DNA from: the human T2T-CHM13v2.0 reference genome, Homo sapiens
Length of the DNA stretch: 64,000 bases
Strand: one strand, 5' to 3'
NCBI RefSeq assembly: GCF_009914755.1
Contig: NC_060947.1
The notes beneath the pieces were generated by a model. The model searched no databases and had not been told where the DNA came from. It saw only the letters and a list, made by a program, of their open reading frames with translations. A program made the position numbers and the translations under genes. Of this stretch, positions 27,801 through 40,300 are shown piece after piece. Each line of letters begins with the position of its first letter. Within the stretch, counting starts at the first letter, position 1.

Positions 27801-30800
27801 CGAGAATGCTTCTGTTTAGTTTTTATGTGAAGATGATCCCGTTTCCAGTGAAATCTTCAAAGAGGTCCACATATCCCCTTGCAGATTCCAAAGAAAGAGG
27901 GTTTCAAAACTGCTCCATCAGAAGGATTGTTCAACTCTGTGAGTTGAATGCAGTCATCGCAGAAAACTTTCTGAGAATGCTTCTGTCTAGGTTTGATGTG
28001 AAGATATAGACGTTTCAAACGAAGGCTACAAAGTGGTCAAAATATACACTTGCAGATTCTACTACAAGGGTGTTGCAAACCTGAACTATCAAAGGAAGGT
28101 TCAACTCTGTGAGTTGAATACAAACATCACAAAGAATGTTCTGAGTTTGCTTCCGTTCAGTTATGGGAAGTTGATCCCGTTTCCAACGAAATCCTCAGAG
28201 AGGTCCAAATATCCCCTTGCAGATTCTACAAAACGTGTGTTTGGAAACTGCTCCATCATAACGAATGTTCAGCTCCCTGAGTTAAACTCCATCGTCACAA
28301 AGAATTTTCTGAGAGTGCTACCGTCTGGTTTTTATATGAAGTTCTTTCCTTCACTACCACAGGCCTCAAAGCGGTCCAAATCTCCACTTGCAGATTCTAC
28401 AAAAAGAGTGTTTGCAAACTGCTCTATCAAAAGGAATGTTCAACTCTGGGAGTTGAATGCAATCATCACAGAGCAGTTTCTGAGAATGCTTCTATGTCGT
28501 TTTTAGGAGAAGATATTTCCTTTTCCAACACAGTCCTCCAAGCCCGCTAAATAGCCACTTGCACATTGTAGAAAAAGTGTGTCAAAGCTGCGCTATCAAA
28601 GGGAAAGTTCAACTCTGTGAGGTGAATGCAAACATCCCAAAGAAGTTTCTGAGAATGCTTCCGTTTAGCTTTTAGGTGAAGATTATCCCGTTTCCAACGA
28701 AACCTTCAAAGAGGTCCAAATATCCCCTTGCGGATCCCACAGAAAGAGTGTTTCGAAACTGCTGTTTCAAAAGGAATCTTCAACTCTGTGAGTTGAATGC
28801 AATCATCACAAAGAAGTTTCTGACAATGCTTCTCTCTCGTCTTTCTGTGAAGATAAAGGAAAAGGCTTTCAGGCCTTTTCCACCACAGGCCTGAAAGCGC
28901 TCCAAATGTCCACTTGCAGATTCTGCGAAAAGAATATTTCAAAACTGCTCTATGAAAAGCAATGTTAAACTCTGTGGCTCGAACACAAACATCACAAAGC
29001 AGTTTCTGAGAATGCTTCAGTTTAGTTTTTCTGTGGAAATATTCCCGTTTCCAAAGAAATCTTCAAAGAGGTCCACGTATCCACTTACAGATTCTACAAA
29101 AAGACAGTTTCAAAACTGCTCCATCAAAAGGAGGGTTCAACTGTGTGACTTGAATGCAATCATCACTCAGAAGTTTCTGAGAATGCTTCTCTTTAGTTTT
29201 TACGTGAACATATACCCGTTTCGAACGAAGGCCACCCAGTGGTCCAAATATCCACTTGCAGATTCTACAGAAAGAGTGTTTCGAACCTGAACTCCCAAAG
29301 GCAGGTTCATCTCTGCGAGTTAAATGCATTCATCATGAAGAACTTTCTCAGAGTGTTTGTGTTTAGTTATGGGAAATTATTCCCGTTTCCAAAGAAATCC
29401 TCAGAGAGCTCCAAATATCCACCTGCAGATTCTACCAAAAGTGTATTTGGAAACTGCTCCATCAAAAGGCATGTTCAGCTCTGTGAGTGAAACTCCATCA
29501 TCACAAAGAATATTCTGAGAATGCTTCCGTTTGCCTTTTATCTGAAGTTCCTTCCTATACGACCGTAGGCCTCAAAGCAGTCCAAATCTCCATTTGCAGA
29601 TTCTACAAAAAGAGTGATTCCAATCTGCTCTATCAATAGTATTGTTCAACTCCATGAGGTGAATGCCATCCTCACAAAGTCGTTTCTGAGAATGCTTCTA
29701 TCTAGTTTTTATGTGAAGATATTTCCTTTTCCACCACAGGCCTCAAAGCCCTCCAAACGTCCACTTGCAGATTCTCGAAAAAGAGTGTTTCATAGCTGCT
29801 CTTTCAAAAGGAAAGTTCAACTCTGGCAGTTGAATACAAAGATCACAAAGTAGTTTCCGAGAATGCTTCTGTTTAGTTTTTATGTGAAGATGATCCCGTT
29901 TCCAGTGAAATCTTCAAAGAGGTCCACATATCCCCTTGCAGATTCCAAAGAAAGAGGGTTTCAAAACTGCTCCATCAGAAGGATTGTTCAACTCTGTGAG
30001 TTGAATGCAGTCATCGCAGAAAACTTTCTGAGAATGCTTCTGTCTAGGTTTGATGTGAAGATATAGACGTTTCAAACGAAGGCTACAAAGTGGTCAAAAT
30101 ATACACTTGCAGATTCTACTACAAGGGTGTTGCAAACCTGAACTATCAAAGGAAGGTTCAACTCTGTGAGTTGAATACAAACATCACAAAGAATGTTCTG
30201 AGTTTGCTTCCGTTCAGTTATGGGAAGTTGATCCCGTTTCCAACGAAATCCTCAGAGAGGTCCAAATATCCCCTTGCAGATTCTACAAAACGTGTGTTTG
30301 GAAACTGCTCCATCATAACGAATGTTCAGCTCCCTGAGTTAAACTCCATCGTCACAAAGAATTTTCTGAGAGTGCTACCGTCTGGTTTTTATATGAAGTT
30401 CTTTCCTTCACTACCACAGGCCTCAAAGCGGTCCAAATCTCCACTTGCAGATTCTACAAAAAGAGTGTTTGCAAACTGCTCTATCAAAAGGAATGTTCAA
30501 CTCTGGGAGTTGAATGCAATCATCACAGAGCAGTTTCTGAGAATGCTTCTATGTCGTTTTTAGGAGAAGATATTTCCTTTTCCAACACAGTCCTCCAAGC
30601 CCGCTAAATAGCCACTTGCACATTGTAGAAAAAGTGTGTCAAAGCTGCGCTATCAAAGGGAAAGTTCAACTCTGTGAGGTGAATGCAAACATCCCAAAGA
30701 AGTTTCTGAGAATGCTTCCGTTTAGCTTTTAGGTGAAGATTATCCCGTTTCCAACGAAACCTTCAAAGAGGTCCAAATATCCCCTTGCGGATCCCACAGA

Positions 30801-33064
30801 AAGAGTGTTTCGAAACTGCTGTTTCAAAAGGAATCTTCAACTCTGTGAGTTGAATGCAATCATCACAAAGAAGTTTCTGACAATGCTTCTCTCTCGTCTT
30901 TCTGTGAAGATAAAGGAAAAGGCTTTCAGGCCTTTTCCACCACAGGCCTGAAAGCGCTCCAAATGTCCACTTGCAGATTCTGCGAAAAGAATATTTCAAA
31001 ACTGCTCTATGAAAAGCAATGTTAAACTCTGTGGCTGGAACACAAACATCACAAAGCGGTTTCTGAGAATGTTTCAGTTTAGTTTTTCTGTGGAAATATT
31101 CCCGTTTCCAAAGAAATCTTCAAAGAGGTCCACGTATCCACTTACAGATTCTACAAAAAGACAGTTTCAAAACTGCTCCATCAAAAGGAGAGTTCAACTG
31201 TGTGACTTGAATGCAATCATCACTCAGAAGTTTCTGAGAATGCTTCTCTTTAGTTTTTACGTGAACATATACCCGTTTCGAACGAAGGCCACCCAGTGGT
31301 CCAAATATCCACTTGCAGATTCTACAGAAAGAGTGTTTCGAACCTGAACTCTCAAAGGCAGGTTCATCTCTGCAAGTTAAATGCATTCATCATGAAGAAC
31401 TTTCTCAGAGTGTTTGTGTTTAGTTATGGGAAATTATTCCCGTTTCCAACGAAATCCTCAGAGAGCTCCAAATATCCACCTGCAGATTCTACCAAAAGTG
31501 TATTTGGAAACTGCTCCATCAAAAGGCATGTTCAGCTCTGTGAGTGAAACTCCATCATCACAAAGAATATTCTGAGAATGCTTCCGTTTGCCTTTTATAT
31601 GAAGTTCCTTCCTATACGACCGTAGGCCTCAAAGCAGTCCAAATCTCCATTTGCAGATTCTACAAAAAGAGTGATTCCAATCTGCTCTATCAATAGGATT
31701 GTTCAACTCCATGAGTTGAATGCCATCCTCACAAAGTAGTTTCTGAGAATGCTTCTATCTAGTTTTATGTGAAGATATTTCCTTTTCCACCACAGGCCTC
31801 AAAGCCCTCCAAACGTCCACTTGCAGATTCTCGAAAAAGAGTGTTTCATAGCTGCTCTTTCAAAAGGAAAGTTCAACTCTGGCAGTTGAATACAAACATC
31901 ACAAAGTAGTTTCCGAGAATGCTTCTGTTTAGTTTTTATGTGAAGATGATCCCGTTTCCAGTGAAATCTTCAAAGAGGTCCACATATCCCCTTGCAGATT
32001 CCAAAGAAAGAGGGTTTCAAAACTGCTCCATCAGAAGGATTGTTCAACTCTGTGAGTTGAATGCAGTCATCGCAGAAAACTTTCTGAGAATGCTTCTGTC
32101 TAGGTTTGATGTGAAGATATAGACGTTTCAAACGAAGGCTACAAAGTGGTCAAAATATACACTTGCAGATTCTACTACAAGGGTGTTGCAAACCTGAACT
32201 ATCAAAGGAAGGTTCAACTCTGTGAGTTGAATACAAACATCACAAAGAATGTTCTGAGTTTGCTTCCGTTCAGTTATGGGAAGTTGATCCCGTTTCCAAC
32301 GAAATCCTCAGAGAGGTCCAAATATCCCCTTGCAGATTCTACAAAACGTGTGTTTGGAAACTGCTCCATCATAACGAATGTTCAGCTCCCTGAGTTAAAC
32401 TCCATCGTCACAAAGAATTTTCTGAGAGTGCTACCGTCTGGTTTTTATATGAAGTTCTTTCCTTCACTACCACTGGCCTCAAAGCGGTCCAAATCTCCAC
32501 TTGCAGATTCTACAAAAAGAGTGTTTGCAAACTGCTCTATCAAAAGGAATGTTCAACTCTGGGAGTTGAATGCAATCATCACAGAGCAGTTTCTGAGAAT
32601 GCTTCTATGTAGTTTTTAGGAGAAGATATTTCCTTTTCCAACACAGTCCTCCAAGCCCGCTAAATAGCCACTTGCACATTGTAGAAAAAGTGTGTCAAAG
32701 CTGCGCTATCAAAGGGAAAGTTCAACTCTGTGAGGTGAATGCAAACATCCCAAAGAAGTTTCTGAGAATGCTTCCGTTTAGCTTTTAGGTGAAGATTATC
32801 CCGTTTCCAACGAAACCTTCAAAGAGGTCCAAATATCCCCTTGCGGATCCCACAGAAAGAGTGTTTCGAAACTGCTGTTTCAAAAGGAATCTTCAACTCT
32901 GTGAGTTGAATGCAATCATCACAAAGAAGTTTCTGACAATGCTTCTCTCTCGTCTTTCTGTGAAGATAAAGGAAAAGGCTTTCAGGCCTTTTCCACCACA
33001 GGCCTGAAAGCGCTCCAAATGTCCACTTGCAGATTCTGCCAAAAGAATATTTCAAAACTGCTCT
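24839..33064 (-). repeat. 2-HOR super-repeat (4113 bp) x2 (U13-U14 / U15-U16)
   Basis: Private markers recur at +4113: ACTCCCAAAGG, CAATAGTATT, CATGAGGTG, GGAGAGTT, TGCAAGTT and the TAGTTTTATG deletion. Confidence 0.87.
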
Positions 33065-34399
33065 ATGAAAAGCAATGTTAAACTCTGTGGCTGGAACACA
33101 AACATCACAAAGTGGTTTCTGAGAATGTTTCAGTTTAGTTTTTCTGTGGAAATATTCCCGTTTCCAAAGAAATCTTCAAAGAGGTCCACGTATCCACTTA
33201 CAGATTCTACAAAAAGACAGTTTCAAAACTGCTCCATCAAAAGGAGGGTTCAACTGTGTGACTTGAATGCAATCATCACTCAGAAGTTTCTGAGAATGCT
33301 TCTCTTTAGTTTTTACGTGAACATATACCCGTTTCGAACGAAGGCCACCCAGTGGTCCAAATATCCACTTGCAGATTCTACAGAAAGAGTGTTTCGAACC
33401 TGAACTCTCAAAGGCAGGTTCATCTCTGCGAGTTAAATGCATTCATCATGAAGAACTTTCTCAGAGTGTTTGTGTTTAGTTATGGGAAATTATTCCCGTT
33501 TCCAACGAAATCCTCAGAGAGCTCCAAATATCCACCTGCAGATTCTACCAAAAGTGTATTTGGAAACTGCTCCATCAAAAGGCATGTTCAGCTCTGTGAG
33601 TGAAACTCCATCATCACAACGAATATTCTGAGAATGCTTCCGTTTACCTTTTATATGAAGTTCCTTCCTATACGACCGTAGGCCTCAAAGGAGTCCAAAT
33701 CTCCATTTGCAGATTCTACAAAAAGAGTGATTCCAATCTGCTCTATCAATAGGATTGTTCAACTCCATGAGTTGAATGCCATCCTCACAAAGTAGTTTCT
33801 GAGAATGCTTCTATCTAGTTTTTATGTGAAGATATTTCCTTTTCCACCACAGGCCTCAAAGCCCTCCAAACGTCCACTTGCAGATTCTCGAAAAAGAGTG
33901 TTTCATAGCTGCTCTTTCAAAAGGAAAGTTCAACTCTGGGAGTTGAATACAAACATCACAAAGTAGTTTCCGAGAATGCTTCTGTTTAGTTTTTATGTGA
34001 AGATGATCCCGTTTCCAGTGAAATCTTCAAAGAGGTCCACATATCCCCTTGCAGATTCCAAAGAAAGAGGGTTTCAAAGCTGCTCCATCAAAAGGATTGT
34101 TCAACTCTGTGAGTTGAATGCAGTCATCGCAGAAAACTTTCTGAGAATGCTTCTGTCTAGGTTTGATGTGAAGATATAGACGTTTCAAATGAAGGCTACA
34201 AAGTGGTCAAAATATACACTTGCAGATTCTACTACAAGGGTGTTGCAAACCTGAACTATCAAAGGAAGGTTCAACTCTGTGAGTTGAATACAAACATCAC
34301 AAAGAATGTTCTGAGTTTGCTTCCGTTCAGTTATGGGAAGTTGATCCCGTTTCCAACGAAATCCTCAGAGAGGTCCAAATATCCCCTTGCAGATTCTAC

Positions 34400-37300
34400 A
34401 AAACGTGTGTTTGGAAACTGCTCCATCATAACGAATGTTCAGCTCCCTGAGTTAAACTCCATCGTCACAAAGAATTTTCTGAGAGTGCTACCGTCTGGTT
34501 TTTATATGAAGTTCTTTCCTTCACTACCACAGGCCTCAAAGCGGTCCAAATCTCCACTTGCAGATTCTACAAAAAGAGTGTTTGCAAACTGCTCTATCAA
34601 AAGGAATGTTCAACTCTGGGAGTTGAATGCAATCATCACAGAGCAGTTTCTGAGAATGCTTCTATGTCGTTTTTAGAAGATATTTCCTTTTCCAACACAG
34701 TCCTCCAAGCCCGCTAAATAGCCACTTGCACATTGTAGAAAAAGTGTGTCAAAGCTGCGCTATCAAAGGGAAAGTTCAACTCTGTGAGGTGAATGCAAAC
34801 ATCCCAAAGAAGTTTCTGAGAATGCTTCCGTTTAGCTTTTAGGTGAAGATTATCCCGTTTCCAACGAAACCTTCAAAGAGGTCCAAATATCCCCTTGCGG
34901 ATCCCACAGAAAGAGTGTTTCGAAACTGCTGTTTCAAAAGGAATCTTCAACTCTGTGAGTTGAATGCAATCATCACAAAGAAGTTTCTGACAATGCTTCT
35001 CTCTCGTCTTTCTGTGAAGATAAAGGAAAAGGCTTTCAGGCCTTTGCCACCACAGGCCTGAAAGCGCTCCAAATGTCCACTTGCAGATTCTGCGAAAAGA
35101 ATATTTCAAAACTGCTCTATGAAAAGCAATGTTAAACTCTGTGGCTCGAACACAAACATCACAAAGCGGTTTCTGAGAATGCTTCAGTTTAGTTTTTCTG
35201 TGGAAATATTCCCGTTTCCAAAGAAATCTTCAAAGAGGTCCACGTATCCACTTACAGATTCTACAAAAAGACAGTTTCAAAACTGCTCCATCAAAAGGAG
35301 GGTTCAACTGTGTGACTTGAATGCAATCATCACTCAGAAGTTTCTGAGAATGCTTCTCTTTAGTTTTTACGTGAACATATACCCGTTTCGAACGAAGGCC
35401 ACCCAGTGGTCCAAATATCCACTTGCAGATTCTACAGAAAGAGTGTTTCGAACCTGAACTCTCAAAGGCAGGTTCATCTCTGCGAGTTAAATGCATTCGT
35501 CATGAAGAACTTTCTCAGCGTGTTTGTGTTTAGTTATGGGAAATTATTCCCGTTCCCAAAGAAATCCTCAGAGAGGTCCAAATGTCCACCTGCAGATTCT
35601 ACCAAAAGTGTATTTGGAAACTGCTCCATCAACAGGCATGTTCAGCTCTGTGAGTGAAACTCCATCATCACAAAGAATATTCTGAGAATGCTTCCGTTTG
35701 CCTTTTATATGAAGTTCCTTCCTATACGACCGTAGGCCTCAAAGCAGTCCAAATCTCCATTTGCAGATTCTACAAAAAGAGTGATTCCAATCTGCTCTAT
35801 CAATAGGATTGTTCAACTCCATGAGTTGAATGCCATCCTCACAAAGTCGTTTCTGAGAATGCTTCTATCTAGTTTTTATGTGAAGATATTTCCTTTTCCA
35901 CCACAGGCCTCAAAGCCCTCCAAACGTCCACTTGCAGATTCTCGAAAAAGAGTGTTTCATAGCTGCTCTTTCAAAAGGAAAGTTCAACTCTGGGAGTTGA
36001 ATACAAACATCACAAAGTAGTTTCCGAGAATGCTTCTGTTTAGTTTTTATGTGAAGATGATCCCGTTTCCAGTGAAATCTTCAAAGAGGTCCACATATCC
36101 CCTTGCAGATTCCAAAGAAAGAGGGTTTCAAAACTGCTCCATCAGAAGGATTGTTCAACTCTGTGAGTTGAATGCAGTCATCGCAGAAAACTTTCTGAGA
36201 ATGCTTCTGTCTAGGTTTGATGTGAAGATATAGACGTTTCAAATGAAGGCTACAAAGTGGTCAAAATATACACTTGCAGATTCTACTACAAGGGTGTTGC
36301 AAACCTGAACTATCAAAGGAAGGTTCAACTCTGTGAGTTGAATACAAACATCACAAAGAATGTTCTGAGTTTGCTTCCGTTCAGTTATGGGAAGCTGATC
36401 CCGTTTCCAACGAAATCCTCAGAGAGGTCCAAATATCCCCTTGCAGATTCTACAAAACGTGTGTTTGGAAACTGCTCCATCATAACGAATGTTCAGCTCC
36501 CTGAGTTAAACTCCATCGTCACAAAGAATTTTCTGAGAGTGCTACCGTCTGGTTTTTATATGAAGTTCTTTTCTTCACTACCACTGGCCTCAAAGCGGTC
36601 CAAATCTCCACTTGCAGATTCTACAAAAAGAGTGTTTGCAAACTGCTCTATCAAAAGGAATGTTCAACTCTGGGAGTTGAATGCAATCATCACAGAGCAG
36701 TTTCTGAGAATGCTTCTATGTCGTTTTTAGGAGAAGATATTTCCTTTTCCAACACAGTCCTCCAAGTCCGCTAAATAGCCACTTGCACATTGTAGAAAAA
36801 GTGTGTCAAAGCTGCGCTATCAAAGGGAAAGTTCAACTCTGAGAGGTGAATGCAAACATCCCAAAGAAGTTTCTGAGAGTGCTTCCGTTTAGCTTTTAGG
36901 TGAAGATTATCCCGTTTCCAACGAAACCTTCAAAGAAGTCCAAATATCCCCTTGCGGATCCCACAGAAAGAGTGTTTCGAAACTGCTGTTTCAAAAGGAA
37001 TCTTCAACTCTGTGAGTTGAATGCAATCATCACAAAGAAGTTTCTGACAATGCTTCTCTCTCGTCTTTCTGTGAAGATAAAGGAAAAGGCTTTCAGGCCT
37101 TTGCCACCACAGGCCTGAAAGCGCTCCAAATGTCCACTTGCAGATTCTGCCAAAAGAATATTTCAAAACTGCTCTATGAAAAGCAATGTTAAACTCTGTG
37201 GCTGGAACACAAACATCACAAAGCGGTTTCTGAGAATGTTTCAGTTTAGTTTTTCTGTGGAAATATTCCCGTTTCCAAAGAAATCTTCAAAGAGGTCCAC

Positions 37301-40300
37301 GTATCCACTTACAGATTCTACAAAAAGACAGTTTCAAAACTGCTCCATCAAAAGGAGGGTTCAACTGTGTGACTTGAATGCAATCATCACTCAGAAGTTT
37401 CTGAGAATGCTTCTCTTTAGTTTTTACGTGAACATATACCCGTTTCGAACGAAGGCCACCCAGTGGTCCAAATATCCACTTGCAGATTCTACAGAAAGAG
37501 TGTTTCGAACCTGAACTCTCAAAGGCAGGTTCATCTCTGCGAGTTAAATGCATTCATCATGAAGAACTTTCTCAGAGTGTTTGTGCTTAGTTATGGGAAA
37601 TTATTCCCGTTTCCAACGAAATCCTCAGAGTGGTCCAAATATCCACCTGCAGATTCTACCAAAAGTGTATTTGGAAACTGCTCCATCAAAAGGCATGTTC
37701 AGCTCTGTGAGTGAAACTCCATCATCACAAAGAATATTCTGAGAATGCTTCCGTTTGCCTTTTATCTGAAGTTCCTTCCTATACGACCGTAGGCCTCAAA
37801 GCAGTCCAAATCTCCATTTGCAGATTCTACAAAAAGAGTGATTCCAATCTGCTCTATCAATAGGATTGTTCAACTCCATGAGTTGAATGCCATCCTCCAA
37901 AGTCGTTTCTGAGAATGCTTCTATCTAGTTTTTATGTGAAGATATTTCCTTTTCCACCACAGGCCTCAAAGCCCTCCAAACGTCCACTTGCAGATTCTCG
38001 AAAAAGAGTGTTTCATAGCTGCTCTTTCAAAAGGAAAGTTCAACTCTGGCAGTTGAATACAAACATCACAAAGTAGTTTCCGAGAATGCTTCTGTTTAGT
38101 TTTTATGTGAAGATGATCCCGTTTCCAGTGAAATCTTCAAAGAGGTCCACATATCCCCTTGCAGATTCCAAAGAAAGAGGGTTTCAAAACTGCTCCATCA
38201 GAAGGATTGTTCAACTCTGTGAGTTGAATGCAGTCATCGCAGAAAACTTTCTGAGAATGCTTCTGTCTAGGTTTGATGTGAAGATATAGACGTTTCAAAC
38301 GAAGGCTACAAAGTGGTCAAAATATACACTTGCAGATTCTACTACAAGGGTGTTGCAAACCTGAACTATCAAAGGAAGGTTCAACTCTGTGAGTTGAATA
38401 CAAACATCACAAAGAATGTTCTGAGTTTGCTTCCGTTCAGTTATGGGAAGTTGATCCCGTTTCCAACGAAATCCTCAGAGAGGTCCAAATATCCCCTTGC
38501 AGATTCTACAAAACGTGTGTTTGGAAACTGCTCCATCATAACGAATGTTCAGCTCCCTGAGTTAAACTCCATCGTCACAAAGAATTTTCTGAGAGTGCTA
38601 CCGTCTGGTTTTTATATGAAGTTCTTTCCTTCACTACCACAGGCCTCAAAGCGGTCCAAATCTCCACTTGCAGATTCTACAAAAAGAGTGTTTGCAAACT
38701 GCTCTATCAAAAGGAATGTTCAACTCTGGGAGTTGAATGCAATCATCACAGAGCAGTTTCTGAGAATGCTTCTATGTCGTTTTTAGGAGAAGATATTTCC
38801 TTTTCCAACACAGTCCTCCAAGCCCGCTAAATAGCCACTTGCACATTGTAGAAAAAGTGTGTCAAAGCTGCGCTATCAAAGGGAAAGTTCAACTCTGTGA
38901 GGTGAATGCAAACATCCCAAAGAAGTTTCTGAGAATGCTTCCGTTTAGCTTTTAGGTGAAGATTATCCCGTTTCCAACGAAACCTTCAAAGAGGTCCAAA
39001 TATCCCCTTGCGGATCCCACAGAAAGAGTGTTTCGAAACTGCTGTTTCAAAAGGAATCTTCAACTCTGTGAGTTGAATGCAATCATCACAAAGAAGTTTC
39101 TGACAATGCTTCTCTCTCGTCTTTCTGTGAAGATAAAGGAAAAGGCTTTCAGGCCTTTGCCACCACAGGCCTGAAAGCGCTCCAAATGTCCACTTGCAGA
39201 TTCTGCGAAAAGAATATTTCAAAACTGCTCTATGAAAAGCAATGTTAAACTCTGTGGCTCGAACACAAACATCACAAAGCAGTTTCTGAGAATGCTTCAG
39301 TTTAGTTTTTCTGTGGAAATATTCCCGTTTCCAAAGAAATCTTCAAAGAGGTCCACGTATCCACTTACAGATTCTACAAAAAGACAGTTTCAAAACTGCT
39401 CCATCAAAAGGAGGGTTCAACTGTGTGACTTGAATGCAATCATCACTCAGAAGTTTCTGAGAATGCTTCTCTTTAGTTTTTACGTGAACATATACACGTT
39501 TCGAACGAAGGCCAGCCAGTGGTCCAAATATCCACTTGCAGATTCTACAGAAAGAGTGTTTCGAACCTGAACTCTCAAAGGCAGGTTCATCTCTGCGAGT
39601 TAAATGCATTCATCATGAAGAACTTTCTCAGAGTGTTTGTATTTAGTTATGGGAAATTATTCCCGTTTCCAACGAAATCCTCAGAGAGCTCCAAATATCC
39701 ACCTGCAGATTCTACCAAAAGTGTATTTGGAAACTGCTCCATCAAAAGGCATGTTCAGCTCTGTCAGTGAAACTCCATCATCACAAAGAATATTCTGAGA
39801 ATGCTTCCGTTTGCCTTTTATATGAAGTTCCTTCCTGTACTACCGTAGGCCTCAAAGCAGTCCAAATCTCCATTTGCAGATTCTACAAAAAGAGTGATTC
39901 CAATCTGCTCTATCAATAGGATTGTTCAACTCCATGAGTTGAATGCCATCCTCACAAAGTCGTTTCTGAGAATGCTTCTATCTGGTTTTTGTGTGAAGAT
40001 ATTTCCTTTTCCACCACAGGCCTCAAAGCCCTCCAAACGTCCACTTGCAGATTCTCGAAAAAGAGTGTTTCATAGCTGCTCTTTCAAAAGGAAAGTTCAA
40101 CTCTGGCAGTTGAATACAAACATCACAAAATAGTTTCCGAGAATGCTTCTGTTTAGTTTTTATGTGAAGATGATCCCGTTTCCAGTGAAATCTTCAAAGA
40201 GGTCCACATATCCCCTTGCAGATTCCAAAGAAAGAGGGTTTCAAAACTGCTCCATCAGAAGGATTGTTCAACTCTGTGAGTTGAATGCAGTCATCGCAGA

